NCBI RefSeq assembly: GCF_000143415.4
Contig: NW_003314304.1
Span: 6,169-70,168 of the forward strand
From: Selaginella moellendorffii
Lineage: Eukaryota > Plantae > Lycopodiophyta
Length of the DNA: 64,000 bases
Direction: 5' to 3'
The stretch's first letter is position 1, and every line of letters starts with the position of its first letter. The translations under genes were made by a program, and so were the position numbers. Positions 35,501-49,670 of the stretch are shown in pieces. Under the pieces are notes generated by a model that did no database searches, was not told where the DNA came from, and saw only the letters and a list, made by a program, of their open reading frames with translations.

Positions 35501-37120
35501 TCAGCATTTATGGATTTTCTATACGAGGATTCTGTGCCGTTAGCGGTTATTGTACTTAATGTTCAGTGTCCACAAGGTGTAGAGCAAGATCTACCTTCTC
35601 TCGATAAAGTTTGTGAGGCTCAAAAGATTGAGCCAAGGATTTGAAGGCTTTGAGATGGGTGTGAGAATCTTGCATCACTTGCTAGTGACTTGTTTTTCCG
35701 GCATTTACATTCTCAATATCGCCTTGAAGATGGCCTTTTTTATTTTGACGGATCCTGATGATCATTTACGGTTGGTGGTGCCTTCTGTCTTTATTTCGCG
35801 GTTTCTCCATGCCTATCATGATTCTCCTATTCTAGGTGGGCATATGGGACATCATTGTATAACCGAGAAGCTGCGCAGGTCTTTCTATTGATCGGAGATG
35901 CAACATGATATTATCTGGTATGTGCGTAATTGCGTTTGGTGCCAAACTCGTAATACTCCCTCTCGTGCTGCGGAAGGACGGTTAGAGTCAATTGTAGTTT
36001 CCCATCTGTTTGAGTTTGTGGCATTTGATTTTTTTCCACGGTCAACTACTGGCAATGAGTATGTTATTATTGCTTCTGACTACTTGACTCATTAGGTGAA
36101 AGTTGGTGCTCTTGCTAGCACTTCTGCAACTACTGTTGGATACTTCCTCCTCAATCGAGTAGTGTTCCAGCATTTTTGTCCAAAGTGGATTCTTTCGGAT
36201 AATAGTCCCTCATTTATAACTGAGGAATTTTATGTTTTGATGTCTCAGTTGGGGATATGCCACACTTTCACAAGTGCTTATCATCCACAATCAGACGGTC
36301 TGGTGAAACGACTTGTTCGGACATTCAAAGGGATGATTGCAAAATATGTGAACTTTTAACATTTGGATTGGGATGGTTATTTGCCGTCTTTTCGGTATGC
36401 ATATGTTACAAAGGTGCAGAGTTCTATTGGTGCTTCACCATATAAACTCCTATATGGTCATGATCTAATATTACCAATGGAATTGGGTTTACCTTCGCAA
36501 TTGCCACGAGTTGCCAATGCTAAGTCGTGGGATTAGTATTTGACGAGCATTCTTCCACTTGTCTAAGCAGAGTCTGCCTAACACTTAGGCCGTGTACAAG
36601 TGGGACAACAACAACATTACAACTCCCATCATTGTCCACCTGCGAAGCACAAAATGGATGATTTGGTGTTAGTCCATTTTCCCCATTTTACGGTACGTGG
36701 TTTATCTAAAGGGCTCCTTGTGCAATGGAAAGGATTGTATCGAGTGTTGCAGCAAGTTGAATCACAAGTTTATGAGGTTTAGCATGACGTCTAGTAGGCC
36801 GATCCTTTAGAAATTGTGCATATGCAGGGGTTAAAATGCTTCATACAAAGGGATCAAAAGCAATTAATACCACTTATAGATCCACCAATGCCTCCTCCTG
36901 ATATCCCTTTAAATCTTGGCCCATATATAAGAGAATCCTGGTAGTTTTTTATTATTCCGAGAAGAGGGGATGATATGAGGGCCAAGTGTATTATTATGAT
37001 GCCATATACAAATATTAGTGTAGTGGGATTTTAGTAGCCATCGGATTAGTTTCAATCTGGACAATTTACTCCTATATATATGCTAAGGTTTTTGGGCTAA
37101 TTGATATATACACACTCACA
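32540..37120 (+). mobile_element. Degenerate Ty3/gypsy element (gag, PR, RT, RH, INT, decayed 3' LTR), same family as 30465-31531
   Basis: VPMEVD, LVDTG, FCIDYRPLN, FIDDVLI, VDAYDIGFGGVL, SAYHPQSDG with many stops and frameshifts; LTR remnant 36974-37120. Confidence 0.9.
33757..33951 (-). mobile_element. Solo Cassandra-like LTR (5S rRNA-like core) inserted into the gypsy pol
   Basis: TGTAAGC...GCTTACA termini; 5-bp TSD CATCT at 33752-33756 and 33952-33956; minus strand GGTTAAGCGTCCTTGGG...TAGTACTGGGCTGGGTGACCTCCCAGGAAGTCC. Confidence 0.9.
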
Positions 37121-37572
37121 AGTATAATTTTTTTTTTCATATTTTTGGTTTTTTTATTCCTTATATATAAATAGCATCTAACAGATTTCATTAACTATTA
37201 ATTTAATAGCTTAAATATACCTATTTTTTAACTATTGATTAAAGTATACTTTAACCGAACCAGAAAAGAATATTCAAGGAGGGCTTTGGTTGGGTTTGAA
37301 GGGTTGGTTGGTTTTGCGGTAGTACGCTTTTCAACGCGCACGCCTTCCACGATGTCAAATAAAACAGCGCAAACAAGAAGACCTTGCAAGGCCCTAGACC
37401 GATCGTTCGAATCTCCATCTGCACGCGATCGACTGATCGATCGAATCTCCATCCGCGGGCGATCGACTGATCGATCTATCTCTCGCCAAGGTAAGCGCTC
37501 GCTCTCCGGTTAGGTTTTGATGCCTGGCGAGCTAGGGATTGAAATGCGGGTTCTCACGAGCTGTCTGCCAGG

Positions 37573-39070
37573 ATGAAGATCATCGATCGAGTCAAGGAGG
37601 CATGGAGCGAGGACAAGATCGTCTACTCCTTCGAATTTATGCCTCCCAGGACTCCCAAGGGGATGAAGCTACTCCTCGACAGCCTCGACCGCATTGTCAT
37701 GTTCCAGCCCAGCTTTTGTGACATTACTTGGCGTGCCAGCAGCTCCGAGATGACGCTCGAGATCGCCAGGAAGATGAAAACCATGGTGAGATGCTTCTTC
37801 CTTTAGCTTTTGCCTTTCCTCCTTTTACTTTTGGGCTTGGATGGGCTCATCGATTTCTTCCTCTCTCATCTTCTCGATCAGTTTGGTTTGGAGACGATGA
37901 TGCACTTGACATGCGTGGGATCGACACCGGAGAGGATTGACAGTGCTCTCGACTTTGTTCGATCGCATGGAGTGGAAAACATCCTTGCTCTTCGCGGTGA
38001 TCCTCCCGAGGGAGAGGAGGCCTTGGATGTTGCTGGCAGCGGCGATCTCTCTTGCGCTCTTGATCTGGTGAGGAGATTACTTTCGTTGGCTTTTAGTTTT
38101 GGAAGGCTTCTCAGACTCTACGGAACAGGTTTCACATATTCGGGAAACTTACGGATCTTCTTTCGGCATTGTTGTTGCTGGCTATCCTGGTATTGCAAAG
38201 TCCTGAATTTCTTGCAAACTTGTGATTTCTTTTTTCTTTCCAGAGGCTCATCCAGATGTGATTCAAGCGGACGGATCTGCCACCGAAGAAGATTACCAAA
38301 AAGATCTCGCGTATCTCAAAAAGAAGGTAAGATCTTTTCACGGCTTTATAAAGCACGGACTCCAGGTTCATGAGATCTTTGGATTTTGTACCAGGTTGAC
38401 GCGGGAGCCGATTTGATCATCAGCCAGCTCTTTTATGACACGGATATCTTCCTGAAGTTCGTCAACGATTGCCGACAAATCGGCATAACTTGCCCAATTG
38501 TTCCTGGAATTCTGCCAATCAACGATTATAGAAAGTTCTTGCGAATGACGACACTCTGCAAGACGAAGGTTTGATCTTTTCTTGTTCTGCGAGAGAACTT
38601 AAATGCTTTTTCTTCTCAGGTCCCTGCAGATGTTAGAGATGCTTTGCAGAGCATCAAGGATGATCCGGTAGCAGTGCGAAAGTATGGAATTCACCTTGGA
38701 ACCGAGATGTGCAAGAAGATCCTTGCTCACGGAATCAAAGCATTGCATCTTTACACGCTAAACTCCGAGAAGACGGCGATTGAGATCTTGAAGGTATGCT
38801 CCAATGCTTGCGTAGTTCTATGTGATACTCAAAGATTTCGTCTGGTTTTATAGAACCTTGGCCTGGTCGACGTGAGCAAAGTGGCCCGTCCTTTGCCTCC
38901 AAGCGCACAATGCAAACAGGAAGAAGGGTGAGCTTCGCTAGCAGCAAAAAAATGAGAAAAAAATGGCAATGTTGTTTAGTCTAAAAGGCTCTGTTTTTTT
39001 TTTCATTTTTTTTTTCAGGACTGCCACTGAAAATTCAGGCGTTTTGGTCGTGGAGTTAAGCTCCGCATAG
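37573..39070 (+). CDS. MTHFR: Methylenetetrahydrofolate reductase-like protein, catalytic domain only (8 predicted exons)
   Basis: [77 protein letters not shown]. No C-terminal regulatory domain is present before the next gene. Confidence 0.85.
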
Positions 39071-39513
39071 CCATTTTACCACTGATTCATTCATTGAAGT
39101 GCGCCAAAAAGATTTTGCTTTCGGGCGATTCTAACAAGAAGCATTTTACTCAATAACAATCTCTTGTCAAAAAAATCTCACGTTGTTTTGTTTGGGCCAA
39201 CACATCGACGGTCCATATCGTTTCCAAAATCCCACGGCTGCGATCACGCAGCCGATCCAAAGGCCCAGATCTCTTGTCGCGCAGAAGAATAAGAATGTAC
39301 TCGCAGGCATATTCGCCATGGCTATGGCTACATTTTTCCCATGAAGGCACTTCTGCGCTAAGTCCCGGACTAAAAAATTCCGTGTTGCTTGGTTGGATCC
39401 TTTGCATCGGGGTTAGGTAGGACGGAGCTCACTCGTCTTGGTATGATCTAGGGTTCTTGGATGTAGAGGAGAGGAAGAGAGCGCAGGGTGAGTGATCGAT
39501 CGATCCAATCCGA

Positions 39514-41898
39514 ATGAGGCGCGCCGCCGCTGTGGATGTCGATCGCCGGCCCGGCAAGCGCGTGAGATTATGGGCGGAGCCGGCCGCCGCCGTGGAGCAC
39601 ATCGCCACGAATGTCCCTGTAGAATGTGGGGGATTCTACGATCCATCGAGGTACTGGCGGCAGCATCCAGCGATCTATGCTCCAGCGCCAGCGATTTACG
39701 CCGCTCCTCACTACTACCAGGCAAGTCTAGAGATTTTCCTTTTCCCCCTTCTCTCGGATTTGGGAATGAATTAAGAATGTGTTCTTCCAGACGATTGCGA
39801 GCACTTACACGGAGCCCCAGGATTTTCCGCGGAGGATTCATGCTGGTATGGTCACAGCGGCTGCTCTCCAGGTACCCAACCCCGTGACCGGCCATCTCAA
39901 CGTAGTAGTTCCTCCTCAAGCTTGCCACGAAGATGACAAAGATGGCCATTTCGTTTTCGAGCTCGGGGAGAACATCACACCTCGCTGTAAAACTCCATCC
40001 CCATTTCTTCGAGCTGTTTCGTTCGCGAAGCTTAGCGATGTGAGTTGTTCTTATGGTTGGTGATCTTTTTTTTGCAGACAAAATCATAGGAAAGATGGGT
40101 GAAGGTATGATCCATACTTTGTTTTCTCTTGCGTGGATTTTTAGACGTCGTTCTTTATGCAGGGACCTTTGGGCGAGTCTTGGAGTGCTGGGATCGCGAC
40201 ACACAGGAGTATGTGGCTATCAAGCTCATAAGAAATGTGCAAAAGTATCGTGACGCCGCCATGATTGAGATTGATGTTCTCAACGAGCTTGCGAGATATG
40301 ACCGGAATGGTTCAAGGTTCGTGACAGGCACACTTCCTCCTTCGCCTCCTGTGACTCGAGAAGTTCTGCAGACGTTGTGTCCAGTTAAAGCGCTGGTTCG
40401 ATTTCCGGAACCACATTTGCATGGTAAGGCGTGATGACACTCGATACTGAAGGACAACTTCGGATGGTGTGTGATGCAGGTTTTCGAGAAGTTGGGACCA
40501 AGCCTTTATGACTTTCTCAGGAAGAATGAGTATCGTCCTTACGCAATCGATCTTGTTCGGGAGTTTGGTCGGCAGCTGCTCGAGTCCGTAGCATGTACGT
40601 ATTTCATCTCACCCATGCTATGCTTGCATAAGGCTTGAGAAACTAGGGAGTACAGCTTGAGAGGTGGTCATACTAACTCAAAGACGTTCCTAGTCGTGAT
40701 TCAGGAGCGTGAAGTTTACAGGATTGAAGAATGAGAGGTACCGCCACGAGAATATGTCATGGTATGGACATTACTTTGCTTCTTGTTCTTGTATAAATTT
40801 CACAGGTCTGGTGTTGTCAAAGCAACCTCGAAGGCTAAATCTTTTAGTTTTAAAGCTGGTACTAGACGAAGAATTCCTCTTTATTTGCATGGCATGGGAT
40901 GCACATAGTGAAATATTTTGTGTGAATCTGATGTGTGTTGTTTTCTTGCAGACATGCACGATCTTACTCTTATCCACACGGATTTGAAGCCGGAAAACAT
41001 TCTGCTCGTGTCTCCAGATCATGTCAAAGTCCCCGACTTCAAGGTGAGATTTTCACTTCTTTGTTTGTCGCTCTTGTAACCGAACCGAGAACCATTCAGG
41101 GCCTGTATCAACGATCAGGACCAGGACGGTGCTACGTGAGAGTTCCAAGGACGAGCGAGATCAAGCTCATCGACTTCGGAAGCGCAACATTTAACAGTCA
41201 TTACCACTGCTCGGTAATATCGACGAGGCACTACAGAGCACCAGAAGTGATACTGGGTATGCGATTTGAAATGACATGTGTGATTTCGAGCATACTAAGG
41301 TTTGCATTTTCGTTCAGGCCTCGGCTGGTCTTACTCCTGTGATATATGGAGCATAGGCTGTATACTTGTTGAGCTGTGCTCGGTATATGCAGTTACCTTG
41401 GGATTCAAACAACACAATCATTCTCCTGCTGTAATTTCAGGGTAGTACGCTCTTCCAAACGCATGAGAATCTGGAACATCTGGCTATGATGGAACGTATA
41501 ATTGGTCCACTCCCTGCTCACATGATCGAGAAAGCAGAGTAAGAAAATTCGTGTTCTTTCGAAAGCAAAGCAGTGACTAACTTTTGCATTCTTCCAGTCG
41601 ACGAGCCGAGAAGTATTTCAAGAACAAAGTGGAACTCAACTGGCCAGAGGGTGCTGTCTCTCGAGAGAGCGTTCGCGCTGTGAGAAAACTTCCAAGGCTA
41701 CGGGTAAGCTCCATTCTGGTTCTAGATTTGTGCGTATGTTCTTACGTAAAGCCATGGCTCCTCCAGAATATGATCCTCCAACACGTCGATCAGTACCCAA
41801 ATGTGTTGCTGGATCTCCTCCAAGGATTGCTGAGATACGAGCCAACGGAGAGACTATCCGCGAAGCAAGCTCTATCTCATCCTTTCTTCTGGCACTAG
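39514..41898 (+). CDS. AFC2: LAMMER (AFC/CLK-family) protein kinase, multi-exon
   Basis: [62 protein letters not shown]. The specific paralog name is tentative. Confidence 0.93.
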
Positions 41899-42138
41899 AA
41901 AAAAGAAACGTAGCTTATTTGTCTCAAGGCACATTCTTATAGACCAAAGTGTAAAGTAATGCTGCTTTTAACGACTGGTGTAAAGTATGATTGGTGGTGA
42001 TATTCGAACCCGCGACCGAATTTTCCCGCCAAGTTTTTTGAGATGTTGGGGCTCTAGGGTTTTTGGAAGCTCCGGGCGTGGCGCGCTGGATCGTTCTTTC
42101 ATGCCGCAGCGGCCGCGTTGATTTGATCCCGAGAAGGT

Positions 42139-45100
42139 ATGGATGGAGTGGAGCCGAAGCATGGCGCTGGCGGCGCGCCAAAGGGCCCCAGGCTCTTTAT
42201 CAAGGAAATGGAGATGGATAATTTCAAGTCTTACGCTGGGAAGCAGCGTGTTGGCCCATTCCACAAGGTATTTTTCGTCCATTTCTCGATTTCCATGAGG
42301 ATTGGAGTGCTTTGGTTTGCCTTTCCAGTGTTTCTCCGCTGTTGTCGGACCCAATGGCAGTGGTAAGAGCAATGTGATAGATGCCCTGTTATTCGTGTTT
42401 GGGAGGCGAGCCAAGCAGGTAGCTTTCTTTTCTTTTCTAACTTGTTTGTTGTCTACTTAAGAATTAATTGTGTGTTTCTCTCTTCTTCTCTAGATGCGAT
42501 TAAACAAGGTCTCGGAGTTGATCCACAATTCCACGTACCATCTCAACCTGGATAAAGCGCAGGTCTCAGTGCACTTCCAGGAGATTGTAGACTTGGTATG
42601 AATTTGTTTTCTCGCGTAGTTATATCTATCCATCTTTTTTGGCGTTTATGTAGGACGATGAAACGTATGAGCCTGTTCCTGGGTCCGACTTTGTCATCAC
42701 AAGAGCAGCGTTTCGGGACAACAGCTCGAAATACTACATCAACGACAATTTGAGCAGCTTCACGGAAGTAACCAAAAAACTCAGGGGGAAAGGGATTGAT
42801 CTAGATAATAATCGGTTTCTCATTCTCCAGGTAGCTTTCACAGTTTTCTTTTTCTTGGCAAATTGTTTACTGTTCTTCTCTGTGTTTTGGTCAGGGTGAG
42901 GTTGAACAAATCTCATTGATGAAGCCCAAATCACAAGGGCAACATGATGAAGGATTTCTAGAGTACTTGGAAGACATAATTGGTTCCAATCAATACGTGG
43001 AAAAGATTGAACAGGCTAGCAATCAGTAAGTTGCTATATTTTTCTGGAAGCTAGAGCATTTACTTGTGTGATGCAGGCTTGAAGTTCTGAACGAGAAGAG
43101 AACTAGCGTTGTCCAACGTGTGAAGACCGCAGAGAAAGAAAAGGACGGTTTAGAAGTAAGAAAGATCGCAATCGTTCGCTTTTACCAAGTGCAAAATGCA
43201 GGATGCAAAAAATGAGGCTGTTACGTATATGTTGAAGCAAGTCGAGCTTTTGAAGTGGCAGGGAAAATCGTCTGAGCTTGCTTTGAAAGATGCAAGCGCT
43301 CATGCAACGAAAGCTCAGAAGGATCTTGAATCTCACGAGGCTAAATTAAAGGAAGAGAGGTATTTTTACCGGAACTTCGTTTTTTATCTTCCAGCTATTG
43401 AGTCCTTTACAGGGAGAAGGTTGCTCAGTACTCTCAAGACTTGAAAGAACTTGAAAAGAACTACACTAAGCATGCAAAGCGCAGAGAGGTTTGACAGCAT
43501 TCTGTTATGTCGAAAACCTTTTAATCTTAAGTTGCTTTGTAGGAGCTTGAGGCGGACTTGAAAGGTTGTGCCGACGAATTCAAGGAGTTCGAGCGCCAAG
43601 ACTTGAAGTATCAAGAGGACCTTAAGCATATGAAGCAAAAGCTAAAGAAGCTGGAGGACAAAACTGCTAAAGTAAACATCAGTTCATTCATATCGTGGTC
43701 TTACAGTTATTGGCCTGCAGGATGAACTTCGGATTCAGGAGCTTGAAAAAGAAATCGAAGAAAGTAAAATTGTCATTCCACAGTTGGAAGAACAAATATT
43801 AGCACTTACTAAACAGCTTGGTCAAGAAGAAGAGAAACTTGAGCATCTAAAGGATCTTTCTAAAGGTAAATTTTTTTTGTTCTGACACGTTTATTTACTT
43901 CCTTTCTCGTAGATGAAATTGAGAGGTATCGGGAAAGCTTGTCATCCGTACATTCTAAGTTAGAACCATGGGATAAGCAAATTATTGACTGCCAGGGGAA
44001 GATTGATGTTGCACGATCAGAAAGCAAACTGCTGAAAGACAAGGTCTGTAAGCATCTGTTTACCAGCAGTCTCTTCATTTCACTGTTACAGCACGAGGGA
44101 GCCATCAACGCTTATGAGACTGCTAAGAAACAACTGCAAATAATCAATGAAAATCTGCAAAACAAAGAGGAATCTCTTCCGAGGCAAACTGAAGCTTTCA
44201 AACAACAGGAACGTCTTGCTGAGAGTGCTCGGACGGACGAGAAGGTGAGGGAATTCTAATACGATCGTTGGCTAATATTCTCTGTAGGCCCTGCTGAAAG
44301 AGGAGGAAGTTTTGACAGCCGAAGAGGAATCCGCTAAGAAGAGGCTGAATGAAATGCGTGTTACGTTAGAGTCAGAAAAGAGCCAAGGTGCAGTCCTTCG
44401 TGCAGTTCTTCAGGCAAAAGAGTCTGGACAAATTCAAGGCATTTATGGCCGACTTGGAGACCTTGGGGCGATTGATGGTGCGTTATCTTCTCCTTTTCTC
44501 CTGAAACTTCTGAAAACGAATTTCTCATTTTTATGTTTCTCATACTTCTTGCCTGCAGCAAAGTACGACGTAGCGATATCAACAGCTTGCGGTGGGTTGG
44601 ACTACATAGTTGTTGAGACTGCTTCGGATGCACAAGCGTGTGTTGAGCTATTGCGTAAAAATAATCTGGGTGTAGCAACGTTCTTAATTCTGGTATTTGC
44701 CTTTCGGGTTATTTACATTTTCACAAAATTAAATATTTCCAGGACAAACAAGAAGGGCTTCGGTCAAAGATGAACCAAGAAGTTCGAACTCCGCAAGGGG
44801 TTCCCAGATTATTTGATTTGGTTAACGTTCGAGATGGCCGGTTGAAGCTGGCGTTCTACGCCTCTCTTGGAAACACAGTTGTAGCTACAGATCTAAACCA
44901 GGTAAGAAACTCGTGACTTTCCACTTTTTTTATTTCATTTTTATCACCAGGCTACAAGAATTGCGTATGGGAGCAATACAGAATTTCGGAGAGTGGTTAC
45001 ATTGGATGGGGCACTATTTGAGAAATCTGGAACAATGAGTGGAGGTGGTGGCAAACCCCGAGGCGGGCGGATGGGTACTGCCATACGTGACTCCAGTGTT

Positions 45101-47293
45101 ACTCGTCAGGCTTTGGAAAGTGCCGAAAATGAAGTTTCTACACTGGCCGAGCAGCTTGCAAAAGTTCGTGAACGACGTGTCCAAGCGGCTCGACAATATC
45201 AACAATCAGAAAAGGCTATTTCAAACATCCAGGTGGACATTTCCAAAGCTCAAATGGAGGTTCGCAGTCCATAGTTCTCCGCAATATTTCCAAGCTAATT
45301 AGCTCTTTTCAGGTTGACGGATTGAAGAAGCAAAAGATGGACGCAAATCAACAAATTGAAACTTTGAAGGTTGAAGCTGTGCCTAATTCTGTTGAAGTTA
45401 AAAAGATCGAAAAGCTGGACAAGCTGGCCGTGGTCGAGGAGAAAACGCTCTCTTACTTACAAGAAAACTCGAAAGGGCTTAGAGAGAAGGTTATTTCCAG
45501 TAGTGTTACAACCATCGACTTACAGTCTTGTCTTTTCTACAGGCAAACAGTCTTCAAAAAAGTATTGAAAACGCTGGGGGTGAGAAACTGAAGCAACAAA
45601 AACTACTTGTCAGCAAGATACAAACGGTACGTGCTTCATGTTTTCCTTGACTAACGATTTGGATGCAGGATATAGACAGTAAAAACACTGAGGTCAATCG
45701 TCGAAAAGTTCAGATGGACACCGGAGGCAAAACAATAGCTAAACTGCAGAAGACGCTTGAAGACTCGAGGAAAGACAAACAAAACATCTCTGAAAACAAG
45801 GAGAAGAAGGCTTCTGCATTCAAGGAGATCGAAAAGAAAGCATTCGTCGTCCAAGAGAGATACAAAGACATTCAAGAGGTTAGCAATTCATTGGATTTTA
45901 ATAAGCCTTGACGACGATGACTACAGATTATGGAAAAGCAACGAGAGGAGCTGGAGTCAACGAAAAAACTGTACAATGAAAAGAAGCAAATGGTTGATCA
46001 GCTTCGAACTGGAGAGGTTTGGTGAATTTTGTCAGGTTGCCTTAATCCTCACATTCCTGTTTCAGATTGACGCACAGGACAAAGTGGAAGACTTAAAAGG
46101 TTTGGTCAAAGAAATGGATCAGAAAATGAAAGGTTTTCAGAAAAAGATCGAAACGAGCAACAAGGCTTTAAATGAGCATGTTGAACAGTAAGTATTACGC
46201 ATTTCTGTTGTCTCATGCGAATATATCTTCCAGGATACGAAAAGAAGGAATAGATTTGGACTCCCTAAACGCCGCTCTTGAAGGGAACCAAATTGATTCA
46301 GTTTCCAGTTTACAAACAGCCCTGAAAAATGTAGAACTTTTGGAGCAGCAGATGAAGGCAATGCAGCCGAATCTCGACACCATTGGAGAGTAAGCATTGA
46401 ATTTTTAATGTTTCTTTCTTAATACCTGTCTTTTTGTAAAGGTACCGGACAAAAGCTGCTCACTACATGGAGCGTGTTAATGAGCTCAATGCAGTGACAC
46501 AAGAGTGCGACGACTTAAAGAAACATCATGACGATCTGCGTAAGCGACGGTAAGTTCACTGACTTAGATTGCTGTTATTCAGCAGCTGTGCTACAGACTA
46601 GATGATTTCATGGCGGGTTTCAACATAATTTCCTTAAGATTGAAGGAGATGTATCAGGTGTGTTTCATAACAACTCTGCTAGTGGTTTCTGATTTTTTAT
46701 TCTTTTTTTCAGATGATAACTTTGGGAGGCGATGCCGAACTGGAACTAGTGGATTCTCTCGATCCATTCTCCGAGGGCGTAGTCTTCAGTGTACGACCAC
46801 CTAAAAAGAGCTGGAAGAATATCGGAAACCTCTCAGGAGGTGAAAAGGTGATGCCATTTTCATTCCTCAACTTGCAGAAACTTATCGCCATAAGTCTTGT
46901 ATTGTAGACACTAAGCTCGCTGGCGCTCGTGTTTGCCTTGCATCACTACAAACCGACTCCTCTGTACGTTATGGACGAGATCGACGCCGCCTTAGGTAAC
47001 TTCTTGCGAGTCTCGCAATCTGCTCAAGCTTATTTTCTGCCCGCAGATTTTAAAAACGTCTCGATTGTGGGTCACTACGTGAAGGACCGCACCAAAGACG
47101 CGCAGTTCATAATAATCAGGTAAAACGCAAGTTGCGAATCGGCGATTTCATGAGCTATTTCGATTTCAGCCTTCGCAACAACATGTTTGAGCTGGCGGAT
47201 CGACTCGTGGGAATTTACAAGACTGATAACTGCACGAAGAGTGTGACTATCAATCCGAAAAGCTTTGCTACGTGCCAGCAAGAGGCAGCGTGA
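42139..47293 (+). CDS. SMC4: Structural maintenance of chromosomes protein 4 (condensin subunit), many exons
   Basis: [28 protein letters not shown], hinge [65 protein letters not shown]. Confidence 0.96.
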
Positions 47294-49670
47294 TTTCTAG
47301 ATCTGTATGTATGTAAGTTTGGAGATTTGTTTTGCTTCGTTGTTCTCACTTTTGTTTTCTCAGATTAAACGCCCCTGGCACACAAAAAAAAACATTACAA
47401 CTGTGAAATCTCGTCTCACACACCACTGAAAACTTGTTTGATGAAATAGTGGCCTCATTTCTTTCTTTTAGTTTCTCCATAGAATTTGTCGGCATTTCCT
47501 TTTTCCCGGATGGACAAAGCCACTATTTTCTTTTCAATCAGAAGAAGAATGTCCTGAGAATCATTTCGTTTTTTCAGAGCCACACAGGACACCCAGCGTA
47601 CGAACCGTTCTTTTTCTCTTCTCTGTTTTTTTTTCGTCTTCTCCATTCTTTTGATTTGGACTTTGATCCCGTTCGCTTAAATTTCGTCTCTGCGTGGTTT
47701 ATTCTCACGTCTAAACGCGCTGCCGCTCATTCGCTTGCGACATCTTCGCCGGGCCTGTTTGACTTCGTTTCTTCGTATGCGCCGAGTGTCACTTTTTCTC
47801 ATTTGTCAGCTCAAACTCCTCGCAAAGTCGGCTTGCATCATTATTACATTTGCATCCTCCTCTTGTCTTTCTGGAGCTAGTGCTTGTGTGGCCTCCACAA
47901 GAAGCGCCAAGCCTTTGGATTTTTCACTGTGGGCCTCGTGCATCACATTGACACGCTTCCTCCAATTTGGTGTTGCCAGCGATCTCACGAGAACAGGCTC
48001 TTATCGTTCTTTATCACTAGTTTTACCATAGTGGTTTTTCGCTATTCTTTGTGTTCGCCAGCTCCGTCACCTTTGTAGTAAACTAGACTGATCTCCCGTA
48101 TCGCCCGTGGTAGAAGCGCCCAATCGCAGGTTGAGATTGACACCCCGAGGTAGAAAATTATTTTGGAGCTTGGAGATATGTAAGCAGTGCCAACATCTGG
48201 AGATTTCCAAAGTGTGGAGGCCAGTGAAAATTCCTTTGCAGTGTTGCTTTGGCACAGCTGGAATTATTACGCCACCTCTTTTAGTGCTTCTTTTTTTCGG
48301 TGGTCTCCGCACAGGAAGAACACATAAAAGAGGGAATGGATCGGATTGGAGGCGGCGGCCATAATTCATTTTTGCCAGATGCGGAGTCCCAAGTGTAAAG
48401 AAGGTGGCACAAGGAAACTAATCAATCATATATCGTTACTGTGTGATCAATCAAACTAAATTCTTATCTCCTCTGAGCCAGCTCATTTTATTTCTTGTGC
48501 GCTTTATAGATCCACATACGGATCCTCAAAGCAATTTCTTCGTACTAATATAATTAGTGATAAATCACGCTGTCAAAAGGTGAGCACTACAACAGCAAAT
48601 CATAGAGTATGACTATGTTGAAATAGCTCTATTCCATACATATGTTCGTATGGGTGACGGCACCTTCCAATCAAAACCATAGAAAAATCCCACTCGATAA
48701 GTTCATAGTAAAAATGCGTCCTGGGTGGGATTACAATGTTGGCTGAGTACGAAACCGAGGGAATCTCCCACAAAACTAGTCTAGCTGAATCCCACGGAAC
48801 ATACCCCCGTGTCTAGAATTGTTCCGAAATGTTTACATTTGCGCTTGCGAGCTGCGATTCTTCCAATCCCCCCTGGAAGAAAGCGTCCATTGATTGCTTG
48901 GTAGTAGCGGCAGCAGCGCTCGAGTTTGATTCATTCCCATTGTTTAGTGGTTTTTCTCTTTCAGGGAACACCATCACGACGTCTATCACCATGTTTAAGA
49001 GAACTTCTTCCCCCGAAAAACAAATCAGAAAACCTATCAGACGAACAAACAAATACCATATCAATATCTTCAGAGTTTTGTTTTTTTCTCTGTTTTTCTA
49101 ACCTTTGTCTGTCTCTACATTTTGCGGAAAGCACACACAGAGCACATGGACCTGGAAATATCAAATAGAAACCATAAAGTCTAAAGAAGGAATCAGTGAT
49201 TGGACAAGCAAAGCAATTACTTTGCCTCTTTGTTTTCATCGCCAACCAGTTTGCTTCCTGTCGCTAATCAAAACGTTGTCAAAGTCGTGGGGCTCTGATA
49301 ACGAGTGTTGCGTCTTTTCCTACAAAACCGCGCTCCTTTGTTTCCTTTTCTCATCACACACTTAGAGCGCCCTTGTGCGAGTATAGCCGATCGTTCTCCA
49401 CCTCTTCTTTTATGACAGGCAGCTCGCGCTTACACGCTCGTCCGATTCCAATTCAGCTGGACAAAACATGAGCTCGTCATCCCGGTAAGACTCTCCAAAA
49501 AGCTGGGAAGGAAGGGAAACGAAATCTACCTGGAGCGTTTCTCATTTCTTTTCTCTGTTACCCCCTTTGCTCGCCGATCAAGTGAGAGTCCACAAAGTTT
49601 CCTCCTTTCCTCTTGGCCTTTTGGCTGTTCGAGTTTTTCGCTGCTGCCTGCAAAAGAAAAAAAATATCGA

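Noticed and set aside
47434-49365. Protein-coding gene between SMC4 and AZG1
   Set aside because: Only short ORFs with no recognisable motif or consistent exon chain. A small minus-strand gene cannot be excluded.
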